Below, piece after piece: positions 1-11,088 of a DNA stretch of 64,000 nt. Where the stretch lies: NCBI GenBank assembly GCA_965603825.1, contig CBFDEM010000062.1:186001-250000 (forward strand). Direction: 5' to 3'. This stretch comes from Blepharisma stoltei ATCC 30299. Its lineage: Eukaryota; Protista; Ciliophora. The notes beneath the pieces were generated by a model that saw nothing but the letters and a program-made list of their open reading frames with translations, had not been told where the DNA came from and did no database searches. Position 1 is the first letter of the stretch; the number at the start of each line of letters is the position of its first letter. The translations under genes were made by a program, and so were the position numbers.

Positions 1-1226
1 GTAATAAAAATAATTCTATTATATAAAGCAGTCTTTTCTGGGCTTAATGATCCTTCTTTTTTTAATTTTAGATGAAGAAGCTTGTAATTCGATTCATAAA
101 AATCTTTTAGGTCTTTAGGTATTTTAAACAAATCAACTGCACGATTTTTTCTTTGTTTAACTGTTTTTAATACACATTCAATTCCAAATTTAAGAAGTGA
201 CCGAGGGGTTCTTTCTATAGGGCTAAGTGCGACGAATTTCTTTTTATTTTCTCTAATTGGAAGTTACGCTTTAAGTATGAATTTATTATACTCAGCTAAA
301 TAGTCACAGACTTTTACAATGTCATGAAACTGTTTTTGATGGAATTTTGTATAGATTTCAGGCATAGCTACATCAATTGCATATCTTGGTTTGTCCAGCT
401 GTGTTAAGTCTCCATTGTGGATAATTTGTGTTGTGGCGTTAACTATTTATATCTTACTTGGCAATATTAAATAATCATTAATTTGACACTCATATGTTCT
501 CTTTTTTAAAGCTTCAATAATTTCATTTTCTGAGCTTAATTGGCTCAATATTTTGTCGTCATCATTTTTCCAATAAATCCCAAGTCCGACAATATTCAGC
601 AATTTATATATCGATTTCCCAGCACTGCCTTCTTGCTGTCTATCAGTATATTCTTTATTCCAATATTGATTTGTAGTGTAACATTCAACTTTTTCTAAAG
701 TAAGCCCACTTGAAAACCGTCTTCCGTCCATATTGTGTTCAAACCTAAAATGTATATCTTCAATCGTGACTTTTAAATTATCAATTATTCTTGAAGCAAG
801 TTTTTCAAGATAACTTTTTTGCTTTAATTCTTCTTCCGCCGATAGAGTTTTTTGTTCTTGTAATTGCTTCCACCTTAGCTCATTTGCTGCTATATGTTCT
901 TTTCTTCGCAAAATTTCTCCATCCTCGCTGTAATTTCATGTGTTCTTCTGTTGAGGGGTAACTATTGCAAATACCCCTTGGAGATTAATTTCAACAGGAC
1001 TGCTTCCAAGCTGTAGCCATGGAATTCTTATTTCAAGTCTAGATACACGAGAATAGTGAAGAATTAAAGGAAGTTGAAGCATTAATAAAGTTTCGGTCTT
1101 AAGATGAACATTTTCTAGAATTATGTCTCCACTTCACACAGCAATTTTTAAATTTTCCCTATCAAGCCCTTCGATATATTTTCCAAGTTTTGCGAGAAGA
1201 ATTCTTTCAAGTAAGGCTTCAAACAT
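1..1226 (-). CDS. VPS13: VPS13 family lipid-transfer protein, N-terminal chorein region (3' end beyond window); introns 443-457 and 253-267
   Basis: ATG at 1226 gives MFEALLERILLAKLGKYIEGLDRENLKIAV(W=TGA 1134-1136)SGDIILENVHLK...LEIRIPWLQLGSSPVEI...IIDNLKVTIEDIHFRFE, the Chorein_N signature; frame stays open to base 1 after removing two 15-nt introns. Confidence 0.93.
253..267 (-). other. 15-nt spliceosomal intron GTAACTTCCAATTAG (VPS13)
   Basis: GT..AG, A at position 10, contains an in-frame TAA; removal restores the VPS13 frame. Confidence 0.85.
443..457 (-). other. 15-nt spliceosomal intron GTAAGATATAAATAG (VPS13)
   Basis: GT..AG, in-frame TAA at 447-449; removal gives YLILPINATTQII. Confidence 0.88.
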
Positions 1227-1458
1227 TTTTTCACTATTTATTGCGAAAAGTGGCTTGGCACATAAAATGAGCCAAAAAGCATTCTGTGAAAAATGGAGTG
1301 TTTTATAATGCTGGGTTAATTAAGAATATAGAGACTAATAGGCGCTGAAGACTGGAACTTTTAATTAATATCGTAATAATTTAGTATTTCAACAATTGAA
1401 AGTGTGGTGAATTTAACATAAATTATAAAACAAATCTCTTAACAATTTTACAAGTTAT

Positions 1459-2166
1459 TTATAGATTATCATGAATAATCATACTCTTTGACTCATCCAC
1501 AGTTGACATTGATGGCCTTGCTCGAATTTCTTCTGAATTAATTGACTCTTTTCTACTGCTGCAGCTTCCTTGAGATAAAATTCTCTGTGAAGGCTGACTA
1601 TTTGTATCGTAATAGCTTTTTGGTAGGATAGAATTTAAATATACCAAGCGTTCTACTTCATGGTGAACCTTGCTAAGCTCTTTACTAAGATTTCTTATTT
1701 CTTTATCCCTTTGGCTCATATGGGATTTTATTTCTTGCATAGACTCTTCTACATTTTCTAATTCTGATATAATTTTTTCTTTATCGATTTTATATTTAAT
1801 TATCTGGTCTTCAAGAAAAATTTTTCTTTTTAAATCAGCTCGCTCATCTCATTGCTTTACTGATTCTTTATTGGAGTTTTTATTCCACTTTTTATCTTTT
1901 GATGCATCACAAATTTGTTGTATCAGGCTTTTCTTTTCTTCTTTTAAGTCTGCGACTTTATTGTCAAGATTTTTGCTTTCGTTATTGATAATTTTTACTT
2001 GATTTTCAATTTGGCTCAGCATATCTTTAATAAGTTCGCTGAATAGATGTTACTTATCTAAATTGTTAGCGATACCAAAGTCTTCTGAGAAGATGGATGA
2101 CTCCAGATCTTCTTGGTAGATTCATATTTCATCTGAAGCCTCACCATATAATAATTTCTTTTGCAT
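1459..2166 (-). CDS. Hypothetical coiled-coil protein (~230 aa), one intron 2039-2053
   Basis: ATG 2166; open with 2 TGA=Trp and one 15-nt intron through to TAA 1459; E/K/Q-rich heptads. Confidence 0.7.
2039..2053 (-). other. 15-nt intron GTAACATCTATTCAG
   Basis: GT..AG, A at position 10, contains an in-frame TAA. Confidence 0.78.
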
Positions 2167-2521
2167 TATTTTCGATTTGTTATTATATTACATAAATTTT
2201 TTGATTGATACAGAAAAAGTTTTATTTAAAGTGGCAATTTTGATATTCAGTGATGCATTAGTTATAGTGGCCTAGAAAATGCTTGAGCTATATCAATATA
2301 GATTATTTTGATTAATAGACTGTATTTCAAGCCTATTTCTTAAGTTAGTAGGCTAGCCATTAAAAACAATTTTCAAATTAGACATAATATTAAATCATAA
2401 GGAGAAAGAATTTTTAATTTAAATATTTTATAATTGAGCTGTACTTACCAAATTAAATTTGTTTTAACGCATGCATATATAAATAACCCTAATTAAGTGA
2501 ATTTTATACTTTATATAATAC

Positions 2522-4411
2522 TTAACATAAAACACTTTGTAACCAACTGTGGTGCAATGCTTCAGCATCCATCCTTTGTGCTGGATTTTTAGCTATCAGC
2601 TTGCTTATAAACTCTGTAGCTTGAGGTGTCGCATTTAGCAAATTATCAGTGGTCACAATGCTTGCATCCTCTTTTAATATCCATTTCGCAATTTCTTCTT
2701 TATCTTCACTATCAAAAGGAAGCTTCCCTTTCAGCAGTAAATAAGCAATAATCCCTACACTCCACAAATCAGCCTTTTTCCCATATCCTTCTTTATTAAT
2801 CACTTCTGGAGCAATATACGGGAAAGTCCCACAAACCAGCTCCAATCTCTCCCCATCTTCACATCTTGTAGCTATTCCAAAGTCAGCTAATTTTATTTCT
2901 AAATTCTCTTCATCAGCTACAAGAATATTTTCTGGCTTTAAATCTCTATGAACAATGTTCAACCCATGCAAATGGCTTACAATTTCTAGTAATTGCTTGA
3001 TTACTTTTTTAGCTTCATTGTCGGTGAATTTTCTCTTTTTATTTATAAGGTCAAGAAGTTGGCCTCCTTCTATTAATTCTGTGATAATCCATGAATATCT
3101 TTTAGAGTCAAAAGTCTCTTTATATTTTATGATTTTTGGGTGAGAGGAAAGCTTTAAAATTTCGATCTCACTAGCTAAAAAGCTTTCGTCGAGCTGACTA
3201 AGCTTTTTTTTGTCTACTTTTTTGGCAGCATATTCAAGTCCTGTGGATTTTTCGATGACTTTAAAAACTTCTGAAAATCTGCCGCCTCCAATTTTGTTTT
3301 GAATTGTATAGAAATTATGGATTTTTCGAGTACTTGCTGCGATTTCTAATTCTTCAGCCCATTTGTCGCGTTGGCGGCTGGAACTGCACCAAAGATCTAT
3401 TTCTTTGTAGGACTTTTTGCTGTTTGAAATGGAGATCCCATATTTATATTTTTCAGAGCTATTTAGCATGCTCTCTATATAGCAGTCTTCAAGAAAAACA
3501 ATTGATTTTGGAAGAGTTTCTTTTTCATTGTTGAAAAAATATAATAAACTGCCTTTTAAGACATTATAGCAAGGAGAAAATGATGAGGAATGCGATTTTT
3601 GGTCTTTTTGAAAAAAAAGACCATGAAGTTTTGAGGTGTTTTCTCGGTCGGAAACAATCTTTGATTCTGATACGATGCGATTATAAGGGTTTTTTGTGAT
3701 TCCAAGCGAGTTTAGAATACTATTGATTTTCCCAAAGATGACATCATCAATAGTATGGTGATTTTTGCAAAAATTTTTGAACTGCTCAAAGTTCATAAGC
3801 CCTTCACTCCCATAATGCGTAACTGCTTTTGCAGCCAAAATATTAGCTCTATCAACTAGCGAATCCTCAAATGTAGCGTTATCGCTTAATTCCTTTGCTG
3901 TGTCTAAGTCTTCAACCTCTTTAGTCCCTATAGCAGAACTATCAGCTATCCCATCAGAACTCTGCAAAAAATGCGAAAAAATTGGAACTAGATCATTTTC
4001 AATTAGAAAATCATCATGGTTTGAATCCAAAATTTTGAATATTTGCCGAGTCCTTAAGCCTTCCCCTATTTTAAAGGATTCAGAAATTCCTTTTAAGAAT
4101 CCTTCAAAATCAATTTTTTCTTTTCTGTTACCACTGAATGTCTCAAAAAGTCTCTCCCCGATCATGTCCTGTCTAGTTGTTACGTTTGGAGAAAAATATT
4201 TCAAAAAGGTCGACTTGTCAATTTTGCACCTCTCTTCAGATCGTAAAGAGAGATCAAAAAACAAACAGGCTAAGAGGTGCATTTCTTGAGAGGTAACTAC
4301 TTAGAACTTACATGCAGATAAGATTTTCTTGTCCTCACAAGCTAATTCTCTCTCGTTAAGAACGAATTTTTTGGCTGTCTTTCTGGTTGCTGCTGATGTG
4401 CAAGATCCCAT
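2522..4411 (-). CDS. CAMK-group Ser/Thr kinase with N-terminal EF-hands and PH domain (CDPK7-like architecture), ~624 aa; intron 4297-4311
   Basis: MGSC N-terminus; EF-hand-like FKILDSNHDDFLIENDL; PH domain ending CSSSRQRDKWAEEL; kinase motifs IGGGRFSEV, AAKK, HRDLKPEN, DFG, APE, DLWSVG. Confidence 0.88.
4297..4311 (-). other. 15-nt intron GTAAGTTCTAAGTAG
   Basis: GT..AG, in-frame TAA; joins the MGSC exon to the kinase ORF. Confidence 0.85.
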
Positions 4412-5211
4412 GATTTTTAATATTAATTTCATTGATTAAGAAATTATGGACAATTATGATACCTTAGGAGAGGATGACGAGAATAATTAGATGCCATCAA
4501 ACTTAAAAATATAAATATGAAATCTCTGGTTTTTTATTTAATAGTAAAATGCGGATAGGAATTAAGGAATGATAAGTCGAAGCTATATTGCTCTGAAAAA
4601 TATTTGGGTGATACTTATATCTTTATAATAGAATTTAGGATAGGAAAGTATTATTCTTGTCAGAAACTATTTTTCATATGTCTAATTAATATTGGTTTTA
4701 ATTCCATAAATATGAAGAGAGCAAATAGCCTTTGATCTTAAGAAGTTTGCATATATGGCATAGAGTTTGAATAGGATTGACTAAAAAAGAAAGGACAATC
4801 CTTAGTTTAATTTTAGAAATTAATTTCATACTCATAAGATTAGAATGAAAATTATATAGATTTGAATTTAATTTAAACAATCTATTTTTGATTAAATTTT
4901 GAATTTCAGCACCTTTTAAAATTTATATAATCGTGGTTGAGAGTTTGATTAACTGTGGCTTTTTTAACATATGCACTCAAGTTGTTTGGGTCTACCAACT
5001 CTCAAATTAGTTGATAATTTATTATTAAAAGCAATGGCTTATATATGCAGCAATTGCAAATTACAATTCATGAAGAATGAAAAACAAGAAAAATTGATTC
5101 AATTTTTAAATTTTTTCGAATCATTATAATTCTAAAATTAAGATTTGCTTGCTTTAGCAATAAGTAAACGTTAACTTAATAAATATTTATTACAATAACT
5201 TTATTAAAAAA

Positions 5212-8200
5212 TTAAAGATTTTTGCTCAATTTGTTGAGAACACTCATTTCTTGATAAAGTTTGACTACAGATTTTGCAGCTGAATCAAACATTTCTTGAT
5301 TCTCCAAATATCCTTTCATAATATTTGCTGCACTCTCTGCAGGAGTCATAGGCAATCCAAAATGAGGAGACGACATCATCTCAGCTTTGCTTAGCATATA
5401 ATCTTTTGATATTTTGGACAATTTATTTGGTGTTGCATTTCTTATATGCACAGGGAGTGAATTTTTGTTCATCGACTTTATAACTTGGTTATTTAAATCT
5501 TGAACAAGCTTATACACCCTTGAATGCGCCTTTGGCGGATGATAAGGCCTCCTAGGAAGTAGCGGAACACTGCTGCTTCTTGAAGAATTTTTTATTTGAA
5601 TTTTTTTCTTTTTTATTGCTTTCTGCACAAATTCTCGCTCTCTTTTTTTCTTTGCTTCATCATGATAAGAATCCGCAAACATTTGGCTTTCAGTTTGCCG
5701 ATAACTAGTTTTATCAAAGGATTTGTCAATTGAATCTAATTTTTTAGCTAAATCTGCTACAGATTCCCAATTTCTTTTTTTCGGAGGAGGCTTGTCTTCA
5801 ATTGGTTCTAATTGTTCAAATTTTTTTGGAGGAGTTACATCGTCATATTCTTTCAGACCATATGTAATTGGGTTAAAAATTTTTTTATATTTGTCTGCTG
5901 ATTTTTTTTTTATGTCAATTTGTCTCAGAGTGGAGCTTGATTTGTGCTTTTCTGAATGGATTTTAGGTAGAGAGTGGGCTGTCACTCGATTTTGAGCGTC
6001 AACTAAATCAAAAGTCCTTACAGTTGATGATTGATGAAGATGCTGCTTGACTGGAAGAGAATAGTTTAAATCATAATTATTTGCTAGTTCTGCAAGCAAA
6101 ATTTCAGCTTGAGAATAAAGTCGTTCTCTATATGCAAAAGTGTTTATTTTTAAATTCCATAGGTCTGGCTGGAGCCTTGTTAAGTTGATATGTCCTTTTA
6201 GTTCTGCTTTTGTGTTCCAGATCTTTATAACAGCATCATTTCCTACAGTTATAATCAGTTTTTCTGAAATTTGGCAAACTATCATATCATTCAAATTGTC
6301 TTTATGAGCTTTTCATCTCTGCACCCTATTATTGCTTGTATGAGCTTCAGGAGAGCTTGCTAAAGCTTTCGTTCTTCCAATTCCAAGATTAATAATTGCT
6401 GCAAAAGTGCTTGCATCAATATTCATTTTCTTATTAAAAACTGAATCCGGCTCTCTTTGTATCGATTTTACTCCTTTAATAAACCTCCCCACATTCCAAA
6501 TGCTTACAAATCCATGGTCACTTCCAATATACATCCCATATTTCAGCTCTTTTCCGCTTTCCTCAACCCCAGTCGCAAATATTTTATTATCTTCAAAAAA
6601 TTCTTCTTCAGTTACATCAAAAGCAATTTTTATTGGAAGCTCTACAATGCATTCTCCCCTTATTCAAAACAAGGCTTGATGAATACTTTCTACAGTAGAA
6701 AGATTGTAGACTGAAATTCTTCCACTAATTTCTGCAACTGTAAGCAATGGTAAATGCTCAGATAAATAAATGGAGTCTACTTCTTCTTCAATTTTGGTGC
6801 TTCCTCGGCTGCAGAGATTGAAAATATCTCATATAGCAATCACACCACTTTCACTACAGGTTGCAAATATTCCTTGTTCTCATGAACAAGCTGCCCTTGC
6901 TAAAGAATCTTCATGGACGTCTGATAATACTTTTAAAGGTTCATAATAAGACCCATCAGCCCAGATCTTTACAAGATTATCCCATCCAGCAGTAAATAGC
7001 ATATCATATCGTAAAGAATAATTCAAACAAATGATTTCTTCTTTGTGCATAGTAACTGCGTTCATAGTAACCCCATTTGCATGCTGGATTTCTCTGGTTT
7101 CGCCTTTTTGGTTACTTATAATCACCCTCATCCCTAAATGAGTCAACGTCATTTGGCAGACCTCGCTAGCTGCATCAGTGACATCTGCAATAATTCTTGA
7201 CTGTTTTCCTGTATATATATCAAAAACTCTTAAATCCGATCTATATTAACTTTACTTTGTGCTTAATAATAGCTCTTTGTCTTGCCGTGAGTATATTAAA
7301 GCTGTGGGCTCAATTTCTTTATTCTATTTATTCCTTACATTGATGCCGTTTGCATTTGTCTGTATAAAGCTTTCATACTCAAACCAATAAACCCTGCAGC
7401 CTACTGCACAAAAAAACTGCTCCCCTGCAGCAGGGATTATTTTTGAAATTTCCATTCTTTCTTGATTCAGAGTTTGTAAGCATTTTAAGTTTCTTAAGTC
7501 TCAAACTTTGATAAACCCTGTGTCATCTGCGGTCACGGCGAGTGGAGTTCCGTTGATGACTGCCATAGCTGAGACAGTATGTACATGTCCTTCAAGTTTT
7601 CCAAAAATGCTGATATCTTGCATTGTTTCTAGATTTCACACTAATGGTGTTGTTTCATAGGCTGCGGTTACTAGATATTGAAAATCAAAAGAATAAGCTA
7701 AAGTGTGGGCGCTTACATCAGGTAGCGTAATTACACATAGTGATGCTTTATTTTTCATTTCTCAAAGGACGACATTTCTGTCTAATGCTGAAGTAGCCAA
7801 AACTCCGTTAAACTCAATTAGTCCTGTGATTTTCCCAGCATGTCTGTTAGGTCATAGTGTTGGGTTTTCAGTTTCTATATCCCACTCGTACAGTGCATTA
7901 GTTTTGTCAGTAGTAAACCATATCCCTCGGTCCACAAACCAAATTCGGTTCTGCAGTTCTTCAACAGGAGGGTTGGTCTTTAAAATTTTTTCATATGAAA
8001 AATCGTCACGATAATCCCAAAATGTCAATGAAAAATCCTGCATGGCGGCCCCAATCCTTTGATATTGCTCACTTCAGGCAAAATCTAAAATTACCCCTTC
8101 AAATAAATGATTGCTTTTTACAGGCTCAATTTTGCCTTTAAGCTGAGAGTTATTCCCATACATTCTTATATGGGAGGATACTTGGTCTAATGTAAATAAA

Positions 8201-8781
8201 CATTTGGCACTTGGAGCATAGATTCCTTGCCGGATTGACCTTTGATGATGGTATTTGTCAAGAAGTCTGGTACTTAAGTGGATTCTGCTGAAATGATGTT
8301 CTTTTGCTCCAAATACAAGGGGAGCTTCAGAAATTGATGGAGCGTTTTCTATTAGCTTGGTTGCTGGGAGATCAAGATTATTCTTACTGTTAAGAGCTAG
8401 CTCAAGAATATATTCACTCAGCTCATTCCAAAGAATGCCTTCAGATATGGATTTTTTGTGCTTTTGCTTTAATACTTCTATATATAAAGTTATTGCACCA
8501 GCAGTTACATACACTTTTTCTTTGATTTCATGTTGGATTACTTGCAAAATCAGCCATACAAATTCTTCAATTTGGAGAGTTTTCTGCTTTTCAAACTGAT
8601 TTTCTATTTCTAAAATGCTTGAGAGCTCGAGATGATTGAGGATATTTCGAGCAGATCATTTGTAAAGCAAATAAGTGTTTGTTTCTGGGTCTATTTTGTC
8701 GATATCAGCTTGCCGATTAAAGGAAATCTCAAGATCTCTTGGGGTTGAATGTTGGGATATTAAATCGTTTAGATTTGACAT
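5212..8781 (-). CDS. WD40-repeat protein with degenerate N-terminal EF-hand-like region and basic low-complexity tail (~1179 aa; WDR49/EFCAB8-like); introns 7324-7338 and 7241-7255
   Basis: Five ORF-track fragments share one frame and are joined by 10 TGA codons, several at WD positions (VVL-W-E, PLV-W-N, GFIKV-W-D, IAI-W-D); GH..WD repeats. Confidence 0.88.
7241..7255 (-). other. 15-nt intron GTAAAGTTAATATAG
   Basis: GT..AG, in-frame TAA; removal keeps the WD40 frame open. Confidence 0.82.
7324..7338 (-). other. 15-nt intron GTAAGGAATAAATAG
   Basis: GT..AG, phase 0, terminal TAG is in frame. Confidence 0.82.
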
Positions 8782-9114
8782 TTCTTTAAACTGAATTGTT
8801 AATTAAAGTTTGTGAAATTAAATATTAATAATTTAGAAACCTTTTAATTCTATTTTATATAATAATATAAGGAAAGGTAATCCTTAAGGCTAGTTTAAAT
8901 TTATAAGCTGGCTAAGGTCTTGGCTACCGTTTATAGCTTATTTTCAATTATTTTGATGTTTTAAATATAGAATGGGGAATTATGATAAGTTTTATAAGCA
9001 TCATCTCTTATTCTTTAAAGCGATCTATTGAGGATAGATCATTTTAGTTCCATTTTGGCAATTTTCTTATACAAAAGAGAATAGTTATTATATGAAAATT
9101 ATTTAATTCAAATC

Positions 9115-10104
9115 ATGGGAAGCTGCGTATGCTGCCAAACAGTCTCAAACCTAGAACTCCAACGATCTGAAACTGTAAAATCCCCAGAGTCCACTGTTCA
9201 AATTCCTCAAATGCACCCCAAAGTCCACGTCCTTGCTGATCGTGTACTTCACAATCAAACTCTTACAGTAACAAACATTGATTTATCAGGAAGGGATTTA
9301 GGGGAAGAAGGCGGTAAGTATTTAGGTGCAATAATCCCTTATTATCATCACATTACATCACTTATTCTATCAAAATGCTACTTGGAAGCTGGCGCATTTG
9401 AAAGTATTGCTTCTGCTCTGACTGATCTTGTTATGCTTAAAGAACTAGACTTTAGCTTTAATAATATAGGCTCTGAAGGAGCTGACATATTGAGCCCAGC
9501 TTTGGAAAGGATGGGAAACCTTGAAATACTAGGATTAGAAGAAGTTGGGCTTGGGAGCAATGGGATGCTGATGATATGCAGTGGAATTGTAGGCCTCAGA
9601 CATTTAAAAGAGCTATATATTGGAAAAAATAATATTGGAGATGTAGGGATAAGAGGACTTGCAAATATTTTCCCATATATATGCAGTCTAGCTACTTTGG
9701 AAATAAATAAAAATGGGATTGGGCCCAAAGGGATGGCATTTTTAGCATCGTCATTAGGATGTTTGAAAAATCTTACAAAATTCAATGTAGGTGAAAATAA
9801 TCTGTTACCGATTGGCGTGTCTATGATGATTCCTCACTTGCCTAGATCATTGGAAAGCTTAGTCATCGACAAAGTAGGGGCTGATAACAGCAATATTATG
9901 AAACTAACTGATATTTTATCTGAATTCTCCAAACTAAAACATTTAAGCCTCGACCACAATGAAATTACATCAGAAGGGGTTGAAGAAATCATAAAAATAC
10001 TTCCAAAGTTAAAGCTCAGCTATTTAGGACTCATTGGATGCGATATCAGTTCTCATAGAAAAGCCCTTAGCCTTGCTGGATCCTCTACCGAAGTGCTACT
10101 GTAG
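9115..10104 (+). CDS. Leucine-rich repeat protein (RNI/RanGAP-like LRRs), putatively N-acylated
   Basis: Repeats LxxLxLxxNxIGxxG; MGSCVCC N-terminus; ends in TAG. Confidence 0.88.
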   Translation: MGSCVCCQTVSNLELQRSETVKSPESTVQIPQMHPKVHVLADRVLHNQTLTVTNIDLSGRDLGEEGGKYLGAIIPYYHHITSLILSKCYLEAGAFESIASALTDLVMLKELDFSFNNIGSEGADILSPALERMGNLEILGLEEVGLGSNGMLMICSGIVGLRHLKELYIGKNNIGDVGIRGLANIFPYICSLATLEINKNGIGPKGMAFLASSLGCLKNLTKFNVGENNLLPIGVSMMIPHLPRSLESLVIDKVGADNSNIMKLTDILSEFSKLKHLSLDHNEITSEGVEEIIKILPKLKLSYLGLIGCDISSHRKALSLAGSSTEVLL

Positions 10105-10201
10105 ATTAAATAATTTTTGCATAATTTTAAAGATTTATATAGCTAGCCTTAAAATATCTTAAAAAATGTATTAATGTAATTAACGTGAAAAGTTTATCCT
10201 T

Positions 10202-11038
10202 TTATCTATCAGCAGGACAACTATTTTTTTCTTTTTTCGGGCTCATAGACTTATTACTACAAATTCTTGACTCCAAGCTTCTCATGCTTCTTTGCCTTGT
10301 ATCGTTTTTCTTCACAAATATTTGGATTTCGTCTAGTAGTTTCTTCCTCATATCTTTTTTATTATTCAGTCATTCTGTCGCTGTTTTATCTAAACCTTGA
10401 ATTGTACATTTACAATTTGTATGTCTGCAGTTATTGCACTTCGCTTTATTTTCTTCTTGTACAAGTAATACAGAAAGATTAGGAAACTGCATTCCATTAA
10501 TTTTTACAGGTGTTTTTTTCCTTATCTTTACTGCAGTTCTTGGTGAGGAATATTGACGATGATGTCTATGATGATTTTTTTCATTTTTGCTGAAATAGTC
10601 AATTACTCGAAGCTTCGCTTCGAGTTCAGGGTTTAATGGTGTCAACGGATAAGATGAAGCTTGAATATCTAGGCTTGAGCTGTTATGGGAGCTGCATTTC
10701 TCTTCTAGAAGATCTGCAAAGTCGTAATCGTTATCTACGCTAGAGTTTTTATATCTTCTTGGCTTATGTTTTGATACTTTTGCATAAGCTTGAAATAAGG
10801 TTTGTGAAGGATTTGTTGGAGAAACCTTTCTAGGCTGTTTATAAGCTATTTTATTTGCGTTATTCTTTTCGTCCATTGACTTGTTTAGCTTTTGGATTTC
10901 TTCGTGGATTTTTTCTGTAATATGATTGGTTTTCTTGAATACTGTTTGTCTATAATTTAAGCTGTGGGAAATCCCAGAATTTAAAATTTCATCACTTATT
11001 TGTTGGCTTTGAGAAGCGTATTTTTGAGCATATTCCAT
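10202..11038 (-). CDS. Hypothetical basic protein (~278 aa)
   Basis: ATG 11038 (MEYAQKY) avoids overlap with the divergent gene; reads through TGA 10370 to TAA 10202; small Cys cluster CNNCRHTNCKC. Confidence 0.65.
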
Positions 11039-11088
11039 GCTAAAGATATATTTTCCTAATATGACACTAATGAAAACTTTATAATAAA

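Noticed and set aside
4698-4880. 60-aa minus-strand ORF in the spacer (likewise 51511-51693)
   Set aside because: Non-ATG start and no motif or coding-like composition
4937-5005. 9-bp inverted repeat TTGAGAGTT/AACTCTCAA in the 800-bp spacer
   Set aside because: Single short stem with a long loop and no other ncRNA hallmark
5212-8781. Fragmented ORFs (here and throughout) read as pseudogenes
   Set aside because: Fragments are joined only by TGA or by 15/16-nt GT..AG introns, with no other frameshifts or random stops
10381-10395. Possible stop-free 15-nt intron GTTTAGATAAAACAG (minus strand)
   Set aside because: Not needed to keep the frame and starts GTT rather than GTA; undecidable without RNA-seq
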